NCBI RefSeq assembly: GCF_009914755.1
Contig: NC_060931.1
DNA: 64,000 nt
Reading direction: 5' to 3' (one strand)
DNA from: the human T2T-CHM13v2.0 reference genome, Homo sapiens
The translations under genes were made by a program, and so were the position numbers. Under the pieces are notes generated by a model. That model worked only from the letters and a program-made list of their open reading frames with translations. It was not told the DNA's origin and did no database searches. Position 1 is the first letter of the stretch, and the number at the start of each line of letters is the position of its first letter. Below are positions 36,905-53,799 of this stretch, in pieces.

Positions 36905-37790
36905 ATGTGTATTAATTGGATTAGGTTTGACTACAACTAACAAAACACCCATACAACAATGGTTTTAATAAGAATGATAAGTCTATTTTTTTAAAATTTA
37001 AATTTTTCTATTATTATACTTTAAGTTCTGAGATACATATGCAGAACATGCAGGTTTGTTACATAGGTATACACATGCCATGGTGGTTTGCTGCACCCAT
37101 CAACCTGTCATTTACATTAGGTATTTCTCCTAATGCTATCCCCCAACAGGCTCCAGTGTGTGATGTTCCCCTCCCTGTGTCCACGTGTTCTCATTGTTTA
37201 GCTCCCACTTATGAATGAGAACATGCAGTGTTTGGTTTTCTGTTTTTGTGTTAGTGTGCTGAGAATGATAAATGGTGTTGGAAAAACTGGCTAGCCATAT
37301 GCAGAAAACTGAAACTGGACCCCTTCCTTATACCTTATACAAAAATTAACTCAAGATGGATTAAAGACTTAAATGTAAGACCTAAAACCGTAAAAACCCT
37401 AGAAGAAAACCTAGGCAATACCATTCAGAACATAGACATGGGCAAAGACTTCATGACAATATTTTTATCAAGAGTATGGAATAAGTTAGTTGAAGGATGT
37501 TATGATGCTACACAGTGTCGGAAAACCACATTACTTTTCTCTTTTCCCTCTATAAAGACCAGGGTTCCCAATATGAACACATGGCAGGAAATGAATGCTT
37601 CAGTTCTAACATTGTACCCTCATTCCTGCCAGTTGAAAGGGCATGTTCTAGAAATTTTATACTTTTTTTCTGTTTACACTCCATTGCCAGGACTCATAGG
37701 TCTACTTCCATATTGCTACAAGGTAGGCTGAGAACTGTGGCTTCTGTTCTGGGACACCATGGTCCAACTACATATTAGAGGGAAATCTGT
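36905..37790 (-). mobile_element. Old MLT1 (J-like) LTR, split by an inverted L1PA
   Basis: TGTATTAATTGGATTAGGTTTGACTAC...CAATGGTTTTAATAAG and CAAGGTAGGCTGAGAACTGTGG; diverged. Confidence 0.45.
36990..37457 (-). mobile_element. Short L1PA (PA7/8-like) insertion with inverted 5' segment
   Basis: Antisense L1 3' end at 36990-37269 joined to sense ORF2 piece at 37270-37457 (AAATGGTGTTGG...GACTTCATGAC). Confidence 0.88.
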
Positions 37791-37907
37791 GAATTCGGAA
37801 TAAGGGCAAATATTAAGAGAAAAGTATCCATTTCTGAAATGCCACAGAATTCCACTGGCTTCTTTTTAAAGAAAACCGATTTGCCTAGTATTACAAATAG
37901 TCTTACT

Positions 37908-38193
37908 GGCCGGGCACGGGGGCTCACGCCTGTAATCCCAGCACTTTGAAAGGCCGAGGCGGGCGGATCACTTGAGGTCAGGAGTCATCAGCCTGGCCAA
38001 CATGGTGAGACTCCATCTCTACTAAAAATACAAAAATACAAAAATTAGCCTGGCGTGGTGGCGCACGCCTGTATTACCAGCTACTCAGGCGGCTGAGGCA
38101 TGAGAATCGCTTGAGCCTGGAAGGCAACGTTGCAGCTAGCCGAGATTGGGCCACTGCTCTCCAGCCTGGGCGACAGAGAGAGACTCCATCACA

Positions 38194-38195
<2 letters not shown>
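37908..38195 (+). mobile_element. AluS
   Basis: GGCCGGGCACGG start; TSD ATAGTCTTACT at 37897-37907 and 38435-38445. Confidence 0.93.
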
Positions 38196-38236
<41 letters not shown>

Positions 38237-38434
38237 TATACGTATATGTATTTATATATATATATACACATATACGTATATGTATATATATATATACATA
38301 TACGTATATGTATATATATATACATATACGTATATGTGTATATATATACATATACGTATATGTGTATATATATATATACACACACACACATATACATGCA
38401 CACATACACATATATATGTATATATAATATATGT
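38196..38434. repeat. (TA)n / CATATACGTATATG minisatellite at the Alu tail position
   Basis: Five copies of the 14-bp palindrome starting at 38235, 38269, 38297, 38323 and 38349, embedded in (TA)n. Confidence 0.95.
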
Positions 38435-39069
38435 ATAGTCTTACTGTCAAGAGTCTGTAAGAGTCTGGCTGCTGAAAATATTTGTTGATATAATGGTTCG
38501 TCACTTAAAAAAATTTTTAAGGTTCAAACTACTAGCAGTTTTAAAAAATACCTGGGGTTTAAAATGTTTAAGTAAGTACATTTATTTTAAAAGAAAATTG
38601 TATTTTACACTAATGAATGGAAAACCCATAATCACTTCCCATAATAGAGAGTAATCACACACATGAATAAAATGTAAGCAATCCTGGGTTTCTGGCTTGT
38701 TCAGATGCCAATTTTATTCTATAGAGTTTGGAAAATTCCTATTTTTTTTTGCTTTGTGTGGCTTTAATTCAATTCTTCTCTTATTTTTCTTTCTCATCAT
38801 CTTTCTTTTCTTCACTTTTTCAGTGTTACTCAATTGTTTTCAATTTATCTATTAAATATTTAACATTGTGAGTAATAATACTCTTTTTCTGTGTGTATTA
38901 AAAATAGAAAATATTAAGCCATCTCTGAACCCATCACACAACTAAGAACTCAGTGTTACCAATAACTTTATTCTTGTCCTGTGTCCCTCACATCCCATTG
39001 CTCTGCCACTCCCCCAGAGCAATCTCTGTACTGAATTTTCTGTTTATCCTCCCTTGAATGTTTCCGATA

Positions 39070-39930
39070 CATAAGTCCTCACTTAACTTTGTTGGGGTAG
39101 GTTCTTTGAAACTACAACTTTAAACAAAATGATGTATAATGAAACCAATTTTATCTGGGCTAATTTACCTAAACAAGTCAAGTTCCATGACATATTTCTG
39201 GTCACAAAGACATCACCAAACTTCTTAATAAAGACCCCAAACACGTCTAATATTAAACATTGAAATAAATGAATGTGAGCTCTACATACATTTAAGAAAG
39301 ATTAATAAGAAGTAAGATAATCATTTATCCAATTTTTGGTGGATAAGTGAGTGATCATGGTCATAGTGATGGTGGGTTAAATGAAGAAATAAATGTTTGC
39401 AAAGAATAATTTTAAGGAGTACCTCCTACAACCGTGTAGTTCAAACAGATACAATAATGAATATCGGAGGCTCGCTGAGCACTTTTGTACCACATCATTT
39501 ATTGTCATGCATTTGTATTTTTATTGTATATCTTGCAGATTTTTATTTTACAATAACTTGTATTAATTTATTCATTCATTTCCCAACCAGCTTATTTTAG
39601 TTCAGGGTCAAGGATGGCCAGAGCCTATCCCATAAGCTCAGGGCATAGGATGGAAACCAACCCTGGATGGGGACGCCAATCCATTGCAGGGTGCACAGGT
39701 ACACAGACATACCCCTACTCATTTATATTGGGACAATTTGGACATGCCAAGTCACCTAACCGTGTACATCTTTAGGATGTGGGAAAAAACTGGTGTACAC
39801 AAGAAAACCTACGCAGACGTGGAAAAATTTGCAAACTCCTCATGGTGGCCCTGCCAGGAGTGGAATTTTTTTCTCATCAAGTTTAAAGGTAATCGACATT
39901 GAACGAAACAATGTTATTTGAGGAACTGCT
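39070..39930 (-). mobile_element. MER6 TcMar-Tigger element
   Basis: Ends CATAAGTCCTCACTTAAC and GTTATTTGAGGAACTGCT; ~860 bp; internal TTCAGGGTCAAGGATGGCCAGAGCCTATCCC. Confidence 0.8.
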
Positions 39931-42539
39931 ACAATTTCATTACATACTCAAGTATCCCTAAACAATATATTATATAATTTTTTTGTTTTTAGTTTTCTTA
40001 TTATCTAGTGTAATATATTTACACCCAACTTATTGTTTGTATTTCCTGGCCAACCGATTAAGTTTCCTCTGAAAACTTGAAAAAAATATCCAGTAATATG
40101 CTAGCACAATTGTATCATGGAAAAAAACATATAGGGACTATAGTCAAAAGAAGCACAATATTTTTAAGCTGAGATTCTACAGCAATTCACATGTTCTTAA
40201 AGATTCTTCAAAGATGTCTGATAATGTTATATATAAATATGTCAACATAAGCTGTCAATGTGAGCTAGATTTAGTGATTTTAATTCACTATTTATTCAAT
40301 CATAAAATTAAATAAGCATTATGTCTTGTTTCACTATTATCTATTTTTATATAATTTAACAATTTGAAACCATATTTTAATCTAACATTATCTTCATATA
40401 ATTTTGTAAACAAAATGGACATTATTAAAGATACAGAATACTGGAACACACTGGGGGAAAATCCACTAGTGAAAGAATCTGTAGTATATGTTAGATGGAA
40501 AGGAAACCTTTCTTTGAGAGTAGATACATGTTCATTCATTCATTTGTTAATTATGTAATTGTTATTTTGAATCAATGATATGCTAGACATTCTAATCTAT
40601 GTGTGGGGGGTGACCAAATACACACATGGATTTCTAGAATTTTAATAATAGACTCTAAATAGTTTAGCCACCAAAGACATATTTGCTTATAAACTGTGAT
40701 TAGGGCTGGGAAGAAAATGAGCAGATAGCCATATCAGGTGGAAAATGACCAGAAAAATGGAAGATAGAAATAAATTTCCATAAGAGGCAAAAGGAAAAAT
40801 TTATAGAGAAGATTTCAATAGGCTGATAGAATTTGTAAAGATTTTGGCTAAAGATAAGCTTAGAAAGGAAATTTAAGTATAGGAGAAACATAAGAAAAAT
40901 CACAGGCATCCAAAAATGTGGGATTTGTTCAGAGAGTATCATGCAATTCTGTTCGTTGAACACTTAAACAGTATTGACTCTGCACCAAATACTGGCCTAA
41001 ATATTTATCTTAGCTCATTTACTCTTTACAGTCACTATTTCAGGGAGATTCTATTATTTTTCCCATATTCAGATGAGGAAATTGAGGCATGGAGAGGACA
41101 AGAAACTTGCTTAAATGTACAGAACCCAAAGGGGATCACTATGAACCCTGACTGGATAGATAGTGAATAAAGCACTGAGGAAGTAATCTGAGATTCTAGT
41201 TTGCTCATCTACAGTGTATATTTAGGGTAAAATGAAATAGAAGGCCAAGTTTGCAATTCTTTGCATAAGAGTATGAGTATTAATTATTGATCCTTTCTGC
41301 AGTGGGAGATGGGCTCCAAAGGGAGTAATAAACATTAGTGTTTGGCAATGTTTGTTAATGTTTGTTAGACTTATATTTTGGGACTGGCATAGACTTTGGT
41401 TCACATTGTTTTTAATCCTCACAATACAATGATATGAAACAGGGTTTCTTTGAATTGTATTCATTCTGAGAACAGTATGACTAATTGTGAGGATTCCATA
41501 ATAAGCAAAATAGAGAACTGAAATGTAGAGTTCATTCTTCTCTTTCCTTTAACAATCTGCAGCCCTGGGGGCAGTGCCCAGCTCAGAAGGAAAGTTCACA
41601 GCCTTAAAATGGTTGATCACATACTTGTGTTGAGAAATGTTTTGAAATAAATATTTCTTTGAAATTCAATCTTCTCTAAGATTGCCTTGATCCGAATTCT
41701 AAAGTACAACAGATTGAAGCGTAATTAGACAAATCTTCATTTATTTCTAGTTTGCTCACATGATTAACTTACATGTACAAGTTTCAGTAACTTTATTGCC
41801 GAGGAAAAGGAAGCTCAGTGTTTCCAGAGATTCCCAAGCTTTTCGTTTCATTGGGCCTTAGTCATGTTTTCACAATGTTATAAGACTGAAAGGAATACTT
41901 TAGAGTTTCATTTATTAAGCAATAAAGTCTAAACTTTATAAATGCTTGTGTCCTAGCAATGTCTTAGATGTTTAGGGAAAATAATACACATAAGTTACAA
42001 AAATAATATGACATTTAATTTTTAGATAAGCACAATTACTTACTAATGATATGTATGTATCTAGTGAATACTGCACAACTTCTCAGATACTAGATCCAGA
42101 CTAGACATAGCCGGGACCCCCATTTTATCAGTTCTACATTGTGTTTTTTTACTGCTTACTTGCTTATCATTGTAGTAATCACTGAAAACAAAACTTTGCA
42201 AAGATATGCCATTGAAAGGAATGTAGTATAAACTACTGTTAAAACTGAACTACTTCAACCTACTAGTTTGCAGTATCTGACAGATGTTAAGTATCATTGT
42301 GTTTCCCTTAAAACTTTAAAATATTCCACGGTTCTGGGTGAATTTTGTGGTTTTAACCCAGGACACAATTGCACAGGTAGTGAAACATCAGTATACATGA
42401 TTCAGCACATTTTTAGAATTTGACCTGAGCACATTTCAATTTGCATCCAAACATACTGGATTCAAAACACATATTCCAACCCTAATGTTTTTATTTCAGA
42501 TAGATTATCCCATAGATGCATTATGTTGTTTGGGGGACT

Positions 42540-42750
42540 AAAAGTATGGATTCAAATCAAGTTTGAAATCCTTGTTTCACTATTCATTAGCTAGAAGTTT
42601 GTCTCTGAGCAAGTTATCTAAGACCTTTGAGCCTAGTTCCTTCATATATAATGTGGAAATAATAATAATAGGCACATCTCATAGTAGTTGTCAGAATTAT
42701 AGTAAATATTATACTTCGAGTACCCAGTACAGTATTTGGCACCTTTGGGG
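42540..42750 (+). mobile_element. MIR SINE relic
   Basis: GAGCAAGTTATCTAAGACCTTTGAGCCTAGTTCCTTCATATATAATGTGGAAATAATAATA. Confidence 0.6.
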
Positions 42751-42976
42751 CTACAGTGAATGTTATTTTCTTTCTTATTTTCTCTACAAAGAGAGATTTC
42801 CTCATGAAGTTAACCAAGTTTCTATTTTGAATAACACCATATATAAAATGAGAAATCTTTCTGTAAATACCATGAGGGCAATGATTCGTAAATTAGCAAA
42901 ATGGAGACTAACACATAGGAGATCAGATGTTTAATTCTGGAGGATTTATGCCATTGCAACCATTAACAATGTCTTT

Positions 42977-46204
<3,228 letters not shown>

Positions 46205-47615
46205 ATCTCTTCCCTAATAACAGGTATGTGAGTGGCAAGTAAGAAGCGAGAGGCTGAGAAGCAAGAAGTCAAGCAAAAGGCAGCTAGATTTAGAAAGTAG
46301 GAACAGACATACCCTATATCAAAAGATGTTCCATATGTTCCCCTCAAAAAAAAGTTATAGGAAAAATTATTTTTTAGTTTTTTTTCCAATTTTTGAGAGT
46401 ACCATTGCTCAGAATTGTCATTAAGATCAAGAATTCCTAATGCATTTTTTTTATGTGTATGTTATGTGTGATTGTGTGGCTGACGAAACCATTGAACCAG
46501 TGGATTTCACTACCCATTCTACTCATCTTTCCGCAGATCTGACATAGGTAGTTGGGAAAATTATTTCTGGAGAAGAATCTCATTCATTCAAAATTCCTTA
46601 GAGCTATATGAGATCATTAATAAAGGTTTTCTCAATTAACTACTAAATCAGCAATTAAGGCAAAGAGATCTACCACAAATAAAAGGATTAAAAATTCAGT
46701 CACATCTAGTAATGATGGATATTCGTCACACACAGTCTTTAACTGTAAACTATGACTCTCCCTGCCAATTAAACATAACAAAAAGAGGAAAGGTTAGATG
46801 GTTTTCAAGTGGTCAAACTGCCAAGCCAGTAATGAGATTGTATGGTATAGCATAACACTTTTAAAAAAAAGTATACATGTTTTAAAACACAATTTTAAAA
46901 TAGCTTGAAATATATTTCAGCTAAGTTAAAACTGATCAGGCACATTTATTTGCAGGACCACATAAAATTGCAGTAATGGAAAGGCAGCATGATATACTAA
47001 TAGTTATAGCTACACCCTACACTTGCATAGAGCAGCATATATGCCAGACCACGTTTTAATTATTAAATATAATGTAAAAATGCTAAAAGTAGAGTACAAT
47101 AACCTAGAGAATTCCTTTATATTTAAATTTATTAAGATAAAAACATAGAATTTTAAAAACTTGGATACGTTCATTTTGGTTTAACAGGATATGTAAAGTC
47201 TCACAAAAATTGAAAAAGCCTATAACCCAACATCTTCCCCTCTTTTACTAGATGGCAACATTTTCTTTAACATTTTTTAATGTTGGCCAAAGCTCCCGTT
47301 ATTAGCCCTGTGATGAGTGAGTTTTGGCAGTCTAGAGAAGATAGTACTAGTTCTACAGGGCAGTGTTACAATTTTTCTTAAATTTTTTCCTTGCCCATGA
47401 CTAATTACATGTAGACCTTTTGTAAATTAAGAATTTCAAGTTTCATGCTAATTTATATGACTGCTAGCAGCCTTTACTCAAAGAGTAGCTTCTGTTTATA
47501 TCTTTATCAAATGCTGCTCTATCTAGTCGGCTTTTTCATGATTGCAAATCTGAAGGAGTATTTTTTTCTGTCTTAGAAAGCATGACTGCAAATCTGAAGA
47601 AGTATTTTGTGTGTG

Positions 47616-48176
47616 TGTCAATGCAAAAATTGCACTGGACAAAGTTAAATAAGTAAGGAAGACTTTATTCAGGGCCGTTACAATAGGGGAGCAAGACCAT
47701 AATACAATCTGAACTCACCTTTGCTGAAACAAGGGGTGAGAAAGTTTAAAGCGCTGGAGTAAGAGGGAAAACATAGGCCATTTGTATTGGCTCATTGGCT
47801 TTACCCAAAGGACAAGTAAACTTTCTTTTATCTTTGTGACAGGAGGTAATTTTACAATTTGGAGCAAGCCACCCACTCAGGAAGTTAAGCTCCAATGTTC
47901 TTACAGAGACCTGGAGGTAACACTTTATCTTCCTTGATAGTTACATATCAAAGGGATGGCTCCTGGATCCTTGAGAAAGACAATCCTGAGTTGTGAAACT
48001 GGTAAGAGGCTTTTAGAAAGATTTACATCTCAAAGGGGCAGATAAAGGATTTACAATTAAAGTTTTCTGAAGTAAATGCTGTAAGAAAAGGGAGGTCAAG
48101 GGGCCTAGCTAGAGTCAAGAAAGAGCCTGTCTAAAGCTTAATCAAGCTGGAAAGAACTTTAAGCCCATCTTGATCG
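47616..48176 (-). mobile_element. ERV1 solo LTR (MER67-like)
   Basis: TGTCAATGCAAAAA...GACTTTATTCAGG...AAAAGGGAGGTCAAGGGGCCTAG...GAGCCTGTCTAAAGCTTAATCAAGCTG; antisense poly(A) signal TTTATT. Confidence 0.7.
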
Positions 48177-51100
48177 CAAGTATTAACAGAGATTCAGTTG
48201 TGAAAACTGATGAGAACCCTATAATAATGGCAAATGGTTGGGATGCAGAAGCTATCCCAGTGTTTAATCTTACCAGAGTTTATTATGATTATGATGATGT
48301 ACTCATTAGGTGCATTTAAGAAATCACCATGAACCCCATTCATAAGGTGAAAGTGTATTGTGTCCATGTACATGTGAGTCAGACCTCTCATTAATTCTCA
48401 CCCCTCCCACAGAAATGTGTGAGAAAAACATGGAACATTTTTAAATTGCACGTGTTTTCATAATCTTTGTTAATCTGACACAAAATGGACCGTATTTATA
48501 CTTCGAATCCTTGTAGCCCATCATTTTCATGGTGGACTGTTATGATGTACAGTGGGCCTCTGTAACCTCCAATATCAGGCTTTCAGTTAATTATGTAAAT
48601 TATCACTGGAGTATAATAGAATTAACCTAGAATTTAAGGTGGGAAAAATAAGGTGAAATTGTGGGTAGATTTATACCTTTGTCAAAAAGACTTTTCTAAT
48701 TTAGAATGTTCCAAAGGTAGAATTGATTGGGTTGGGAGGTAGAGAACTCTCTGTTAATCAGAGTATTCGAACTGAAACTTCATATAAGACATAATCAAAA
48801 GAATCAATAAATTGGTTGAAAAAAAAGTATTATTGACCTCTAAGGCCCTCTTTTTAACTTCACAGTATTTAGATTTGCCATCTGTCCAGCCAAAGTTATT
48901 ACCACTTTCTTATTCAATTATTATTGCTTGAATGCTAGTTATAATTCTTTGAATTCCCATGTTTTTGTTTCATAGATTTAGTTAGAATATTAAATGAAGT
49001 ATTACGCCTTGAATGTATTTGTTCTAAACATATGCAAAACAGAAACAAAAGTCTTCTAGCTCTCTATTTGCCCAAATTAACATGCAGTTGAAAAGTCATA
49101 ATTAGTAGGTAATGTAAAGCAATAGAAACTTTGAAGGCCCTTAGCTTCCTGAAGAAAATTTTCATAACTGAAATTATCACTGGTTTGTATATACAAAGTT
49201 TCTCCCAATAATTTGGCAGTAGTTAGTATTTTAAAATCCTATCTAAGGGGTTTGTGTTGAATTTTTAATACATTCTTTTTTATTGATAATTTGGCTGAAT
49301 ATAAATTATAGTAAAGTATTCTGAAAAAGTTAAAAAATTCAGTCAGTTGTCTGGTACATTGTCTTTCTAATGAAAAGGACCCTGGAGTTTCCAAACATTC
49401 ATTTTCCCCTACAATTTTATTGCATAAAGACTACTTCCAAAGATTGTAAACAAATGGGTCTTTTTTGTTCTTTTCATTTTTTCAAGAGTAGAATTTCCAC
49501 TTCCTCTACCATTTCCATTTTTGGCAGATAATAATCATTTGGCATATTTTTATGATGCTTTGTACCACTTACTCTAGACATAAACATTTCCCCTTGAGAA
49601 GCTTTCTAAAGAGAGCATTTGACAACTACTTAAAAAATGATTGGATGATATTCTCAACATTTATCCATTACCCATTTTATATTTTGCTTAACAAAGAAAT
49701 GCATTGAAGATAGACTTACAGTTCAAAAGAAACTCCAGGAGAAACAATTACTTTGGCACAAAAACTGTATTTCACTTCTTGAATTAGTTGATTTGGGAAT
49801 CAGCAAACTGGAACCATAATTTTAAGTCCTAAGACATAATGCACATGCATTACACAGAGAATCTTGCCCTGAAGCTTGTAGTTAATGAAATAAACTATTG
49901 AAAAAAATGTAGCTTTGGAAAATGTTTTAAATGTAGTATTGTGCTCCAATTCTTTTTCGGTAAACTTTTTAATCTGTCAGGTTGAGGAAAATGTGATTGA
50001 TTTCAAAAGTGTCACTCTGATAGAATAAAGCCACCTCAGAAAAGAAGAGATTGTTAAGGGCAAACAGGTACCAAAGCACTAGCTGATTCTACATGCAGAG
50101 TATTTGTATCATATATGAAGTTGTAAAGAATTCCCACATAACCTAACTAAATATATTTTGTGATTTGTAGTACTGAACAAATATTTGTTCCTGCTGCTTG
50201 TTTTTATTAAATATTGTAAACTCATGACCCATAGGCTGCATTTAATAAGTTTTGTTCAGTCTGCATATTTTTGTTTTTCTTTGTTCTTTTTCTGAATTTT
50301 AAAATGTGTTAACATTTAAAAATTGTATTTATTTAAATATCTTGGTATTTCTTGAAAAATTGAAACTCCAACTGTGTCGGGCCCCTGCCCCACATGGCAT
50401 TCATATACCCATTTATTTATGTATCCATCTTTTCAATTAGTGAATAAATGTTTATTGAAAACTAATTATATGCCACACACTGATGTAGGAATTGGAAATA
50501 TAGAAGGTCCCTGCTCTCATGAAGCTCCTATATTAGATAGAGAGGGAATGCACTTTTCCAGTTCATTACAAATAGCATTTCTCTTTATGTGTTTTAAATT
50601 ATTTATTTAAATAATAATTAATTAATAAATAATAATAATTAAAAAAATTTAAATTATTTAAATTTATTTATGTGTTTTAAATTAAATTTTAAAAAAATTA
50701 AGTTAAAATTTTAATTCCTAGTCTATATACTTGGAATGAAAGATGACATAAAGTTAACTCTAAAGCAATTTTTTAAATTAATGTTTTTATTTTGCCTTGA
50801 GGACTTTTTTAAGATTAAAATCTGATACCTTAAAATGTATGAGTAAAATTATAATTTAGAAACTGGCAAAGATTGTAAATACTTATCATGTTTAACTAAA
50901 ATGTCGGTTAACTATAGTCAGCTCTGATTTTTTTCTCATTTTCTGTTTATCAAACATTTATAGAGCATTAATTATGCACTATAAAATATTTTAGGTATGA
51001 AATTACATGCATGATAAGACATGACTCCTCCTCTTAATGTGAAATAAATTTAACACAATGTGATAGACTGTAATAGAGTTTACATACAAAGTATAATTCA

Positions 51101-53177
51101 GAATATTTAAAAAAGAAAGCCAAATTTTTCTTGGGAATTCAAGTAGGGTCTCACAGAAGAAGGGACATTTGGTTCTTTCTGAAAGAAGATGACAAAAATG
51201 AAAAGTAGTCATTTTCTAGGAATATAAGACCCAAGAAACAGAATGTACAAACCATGAAAACATAAGGTGTCATAATATAGAAAACTGATAGTCCTAAAAT
51301 TTATTTAGTGAATGGTTCTGACTTACTTTTCAACAAATCTTTCTCTGAATCTGTTAATGCCGTGTTACTGAATGGTTGGGCTGTCAATCTCCTCTGCCGA
51401 CATCGGCTTAGCTTAAGTGTACTTGTCAAACAGAAAAGCTTTTGGTTTCATCTGAGACCTACTGAAACAGAGCGCATTTGCATTTTTTGAAAGAGTCCTC
51501 TTTGATATTTACAACAATAGGCTGGTATAATATATTTTCCCGTAGAATTAACAAGGAAACAAAAAGTGTTCTATAAAAATAGTAGCGCTTTCTTTCCCCC
51601 AGTGGGTTTGCCACCAGAAAACAAGTATTGTGAAAACTACCCCAAGAGCCAAAATGGGAAAGGAACACACTCATATCAGCATTGTTGTCATTGGACACGT
51701 AGATGGGGCAAGTCCACCACTACTGGCCATCTGATCCACAAATGAGGAGGCGTCGACCAAAGAACCATTGAAAAATTTGAGAAGGAGGCTGCTGAGATGG
51801 GAACGGGCTCGTTCAAGTATGCCTGGGTCTTGGATAAACTGAAAGCTGAATGTGAACATGGTATGACTATTGATATCTCCCTGCCAAAATTTGAGACCAG
51901 CAAGTACTACATGACTATCATTGATTCCCCAGGACACAGACACTTTATCAAAAACATGATTATAGGGACATCTCAGGCTGACCGTGCTGTCCTGATTGTT
52001 GCTGCTGGTGCTGGTGAATCTGAAGCTGGTATCTCTAAGAATGGGCACACCCATGAGCATGCCCTTCTGGCTTACACACTGGGTGGGAAACAACTAATTG
52101 TTGATGTTAACAAAATGGATCCCACTGAGACACCCTACAGCCAGAAAAAATACAAATCCTTAAAGAAGTCAGCACTTTCATTAAGAAAATTAACTACAGC
52201 CCCTGGCACAGTAGTAGCATTTGTGCCAGTTTCTGGTTGGAATGGTGACACCATGCTGGAGCCAAGTGCTAACATGCCTTGGTTCAAGGGATGGAAAGTC
52301 ACTCATAAAGATGTCAATGCCAGTGGAACCAAGTTGCTTGAGGCACTGGACTGCATCCTAACACCAGCTTGTCCAACCGACAGGCCCTCGCCCTTGCCTC
52401 TCCAGGATGTCTACAAAATTGGTGGTGTTGCTACTTTGCCTATTGGCGGAGTGGAGACTGGTGTTCTCAAACCTGGTAGGGTGATCACCTTTGCTCCAGT
52501 CAGTGTTACACACCTGAAGTAAAGTCTGTTGAAATGCACCATGAAGCTTTGAGTGACTCTTCCTCAGAACAATGTGGCCTTCAATGTCAAGAATGTGTCT
52601 GTCAAAAATGTTCATTGTGGCAATGTTGCTGGTGACAACAAAAATGATCCACCAACGGAAACAACTGGCTTCGCTGCTCAGGTGATTATCCTGAAGCATC
52701 CAGTCCAAATCAGTGCTGGCTATTCCCCTCTACTGGATTGCCACACAGATCACATTGCATGCAAATTTGCTGAGCTGAAGGAAAAGATTGATTGCCATTC
52801 TGGTAAGAAGCTGAAAGATGGCCCTAAATTCTTGAAGTCTGGTGATGTTGCCACCAAATTCTTGAACTCTGGTGATGTTGATATGGTTCTTGGCAAGCCC
52901 ATGTGTGTTGAGGTCTTCTCAGACTATCCTCCTTTGGGTTGCTTTGCTGTTCATGATATGAGATGGAGAATTGCCATGGATGTCATCAAAGCAGTGGACA
53001 AGAAGGCTGCTGGAGCTGGAAAGATCACCACGTCTGCCCAGAAAGTTCAGAAGGCTAAATAAATATTATCCCTAATACCTGCCACCCCAGTCTTACTCAG
53101 TGGTAGAAGAATGGTCTCAGAACGGTTTGTTTCAATTGGCCATTTAAGTTTAATAGTAAAAGACTGGTTAACAATAA

Positions 53178-53585
<408 letters not shown>

Positions 53586-53597
53586 TAAAATCAGTAC

Positions 53598-53799
53598 TTT
53601 TTTTTTTTTTTTTTTTTGAGATGGAGTCTCGCTCTGTCGCCCAGACTGGAGTGCAGTGGTGTGATCTCCGCTCACTGCAAGCTCGCCTCCTGGGTTCACG
53701 CCATTCTCCTGCCTCAGCCCCCTGAGTAGCTGGGACTACAGGCGCCCGCCACCATGCCCGGCTAATTTTTTTGTATTTTTAGTAGAGACAGGGTTTCAC
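53598..53799 (-). mobile_element. 5'-truncated AluY in the EEF1A1 pseudogene 3'UTR
   Basis: CACTGCAAGCTC, GGGTTCACGCCATTCTCC diagnostics; ends at GGGTTTCAC; TSD TAAAATCAGTACTTTTT at 53586 and 53800. Confidence 0.93.

Noticed and set aside
38235-38362. Regularly spaced palindromic repeats resembling a CRISPR array
   Set aside because: Spacers are low-complexity (TA)n, the array lies inside an Alu TSD in primate DNA, and there are no cas-like ORFs.
38074-38504. Several 93-125 aa ORFs on both strands
   Set aside because: These are translations of the Alu plus the TA-rich repeat (IY/YT runs), not genes.
51797-53062. 241-aa and 169-aa eEF1A ORFs as a functional gene
   Set aside because: The P-loop region is frameshifted, there is an early stop and further frameshifts, and the copy is intronless with TSDs: a pseudogene.
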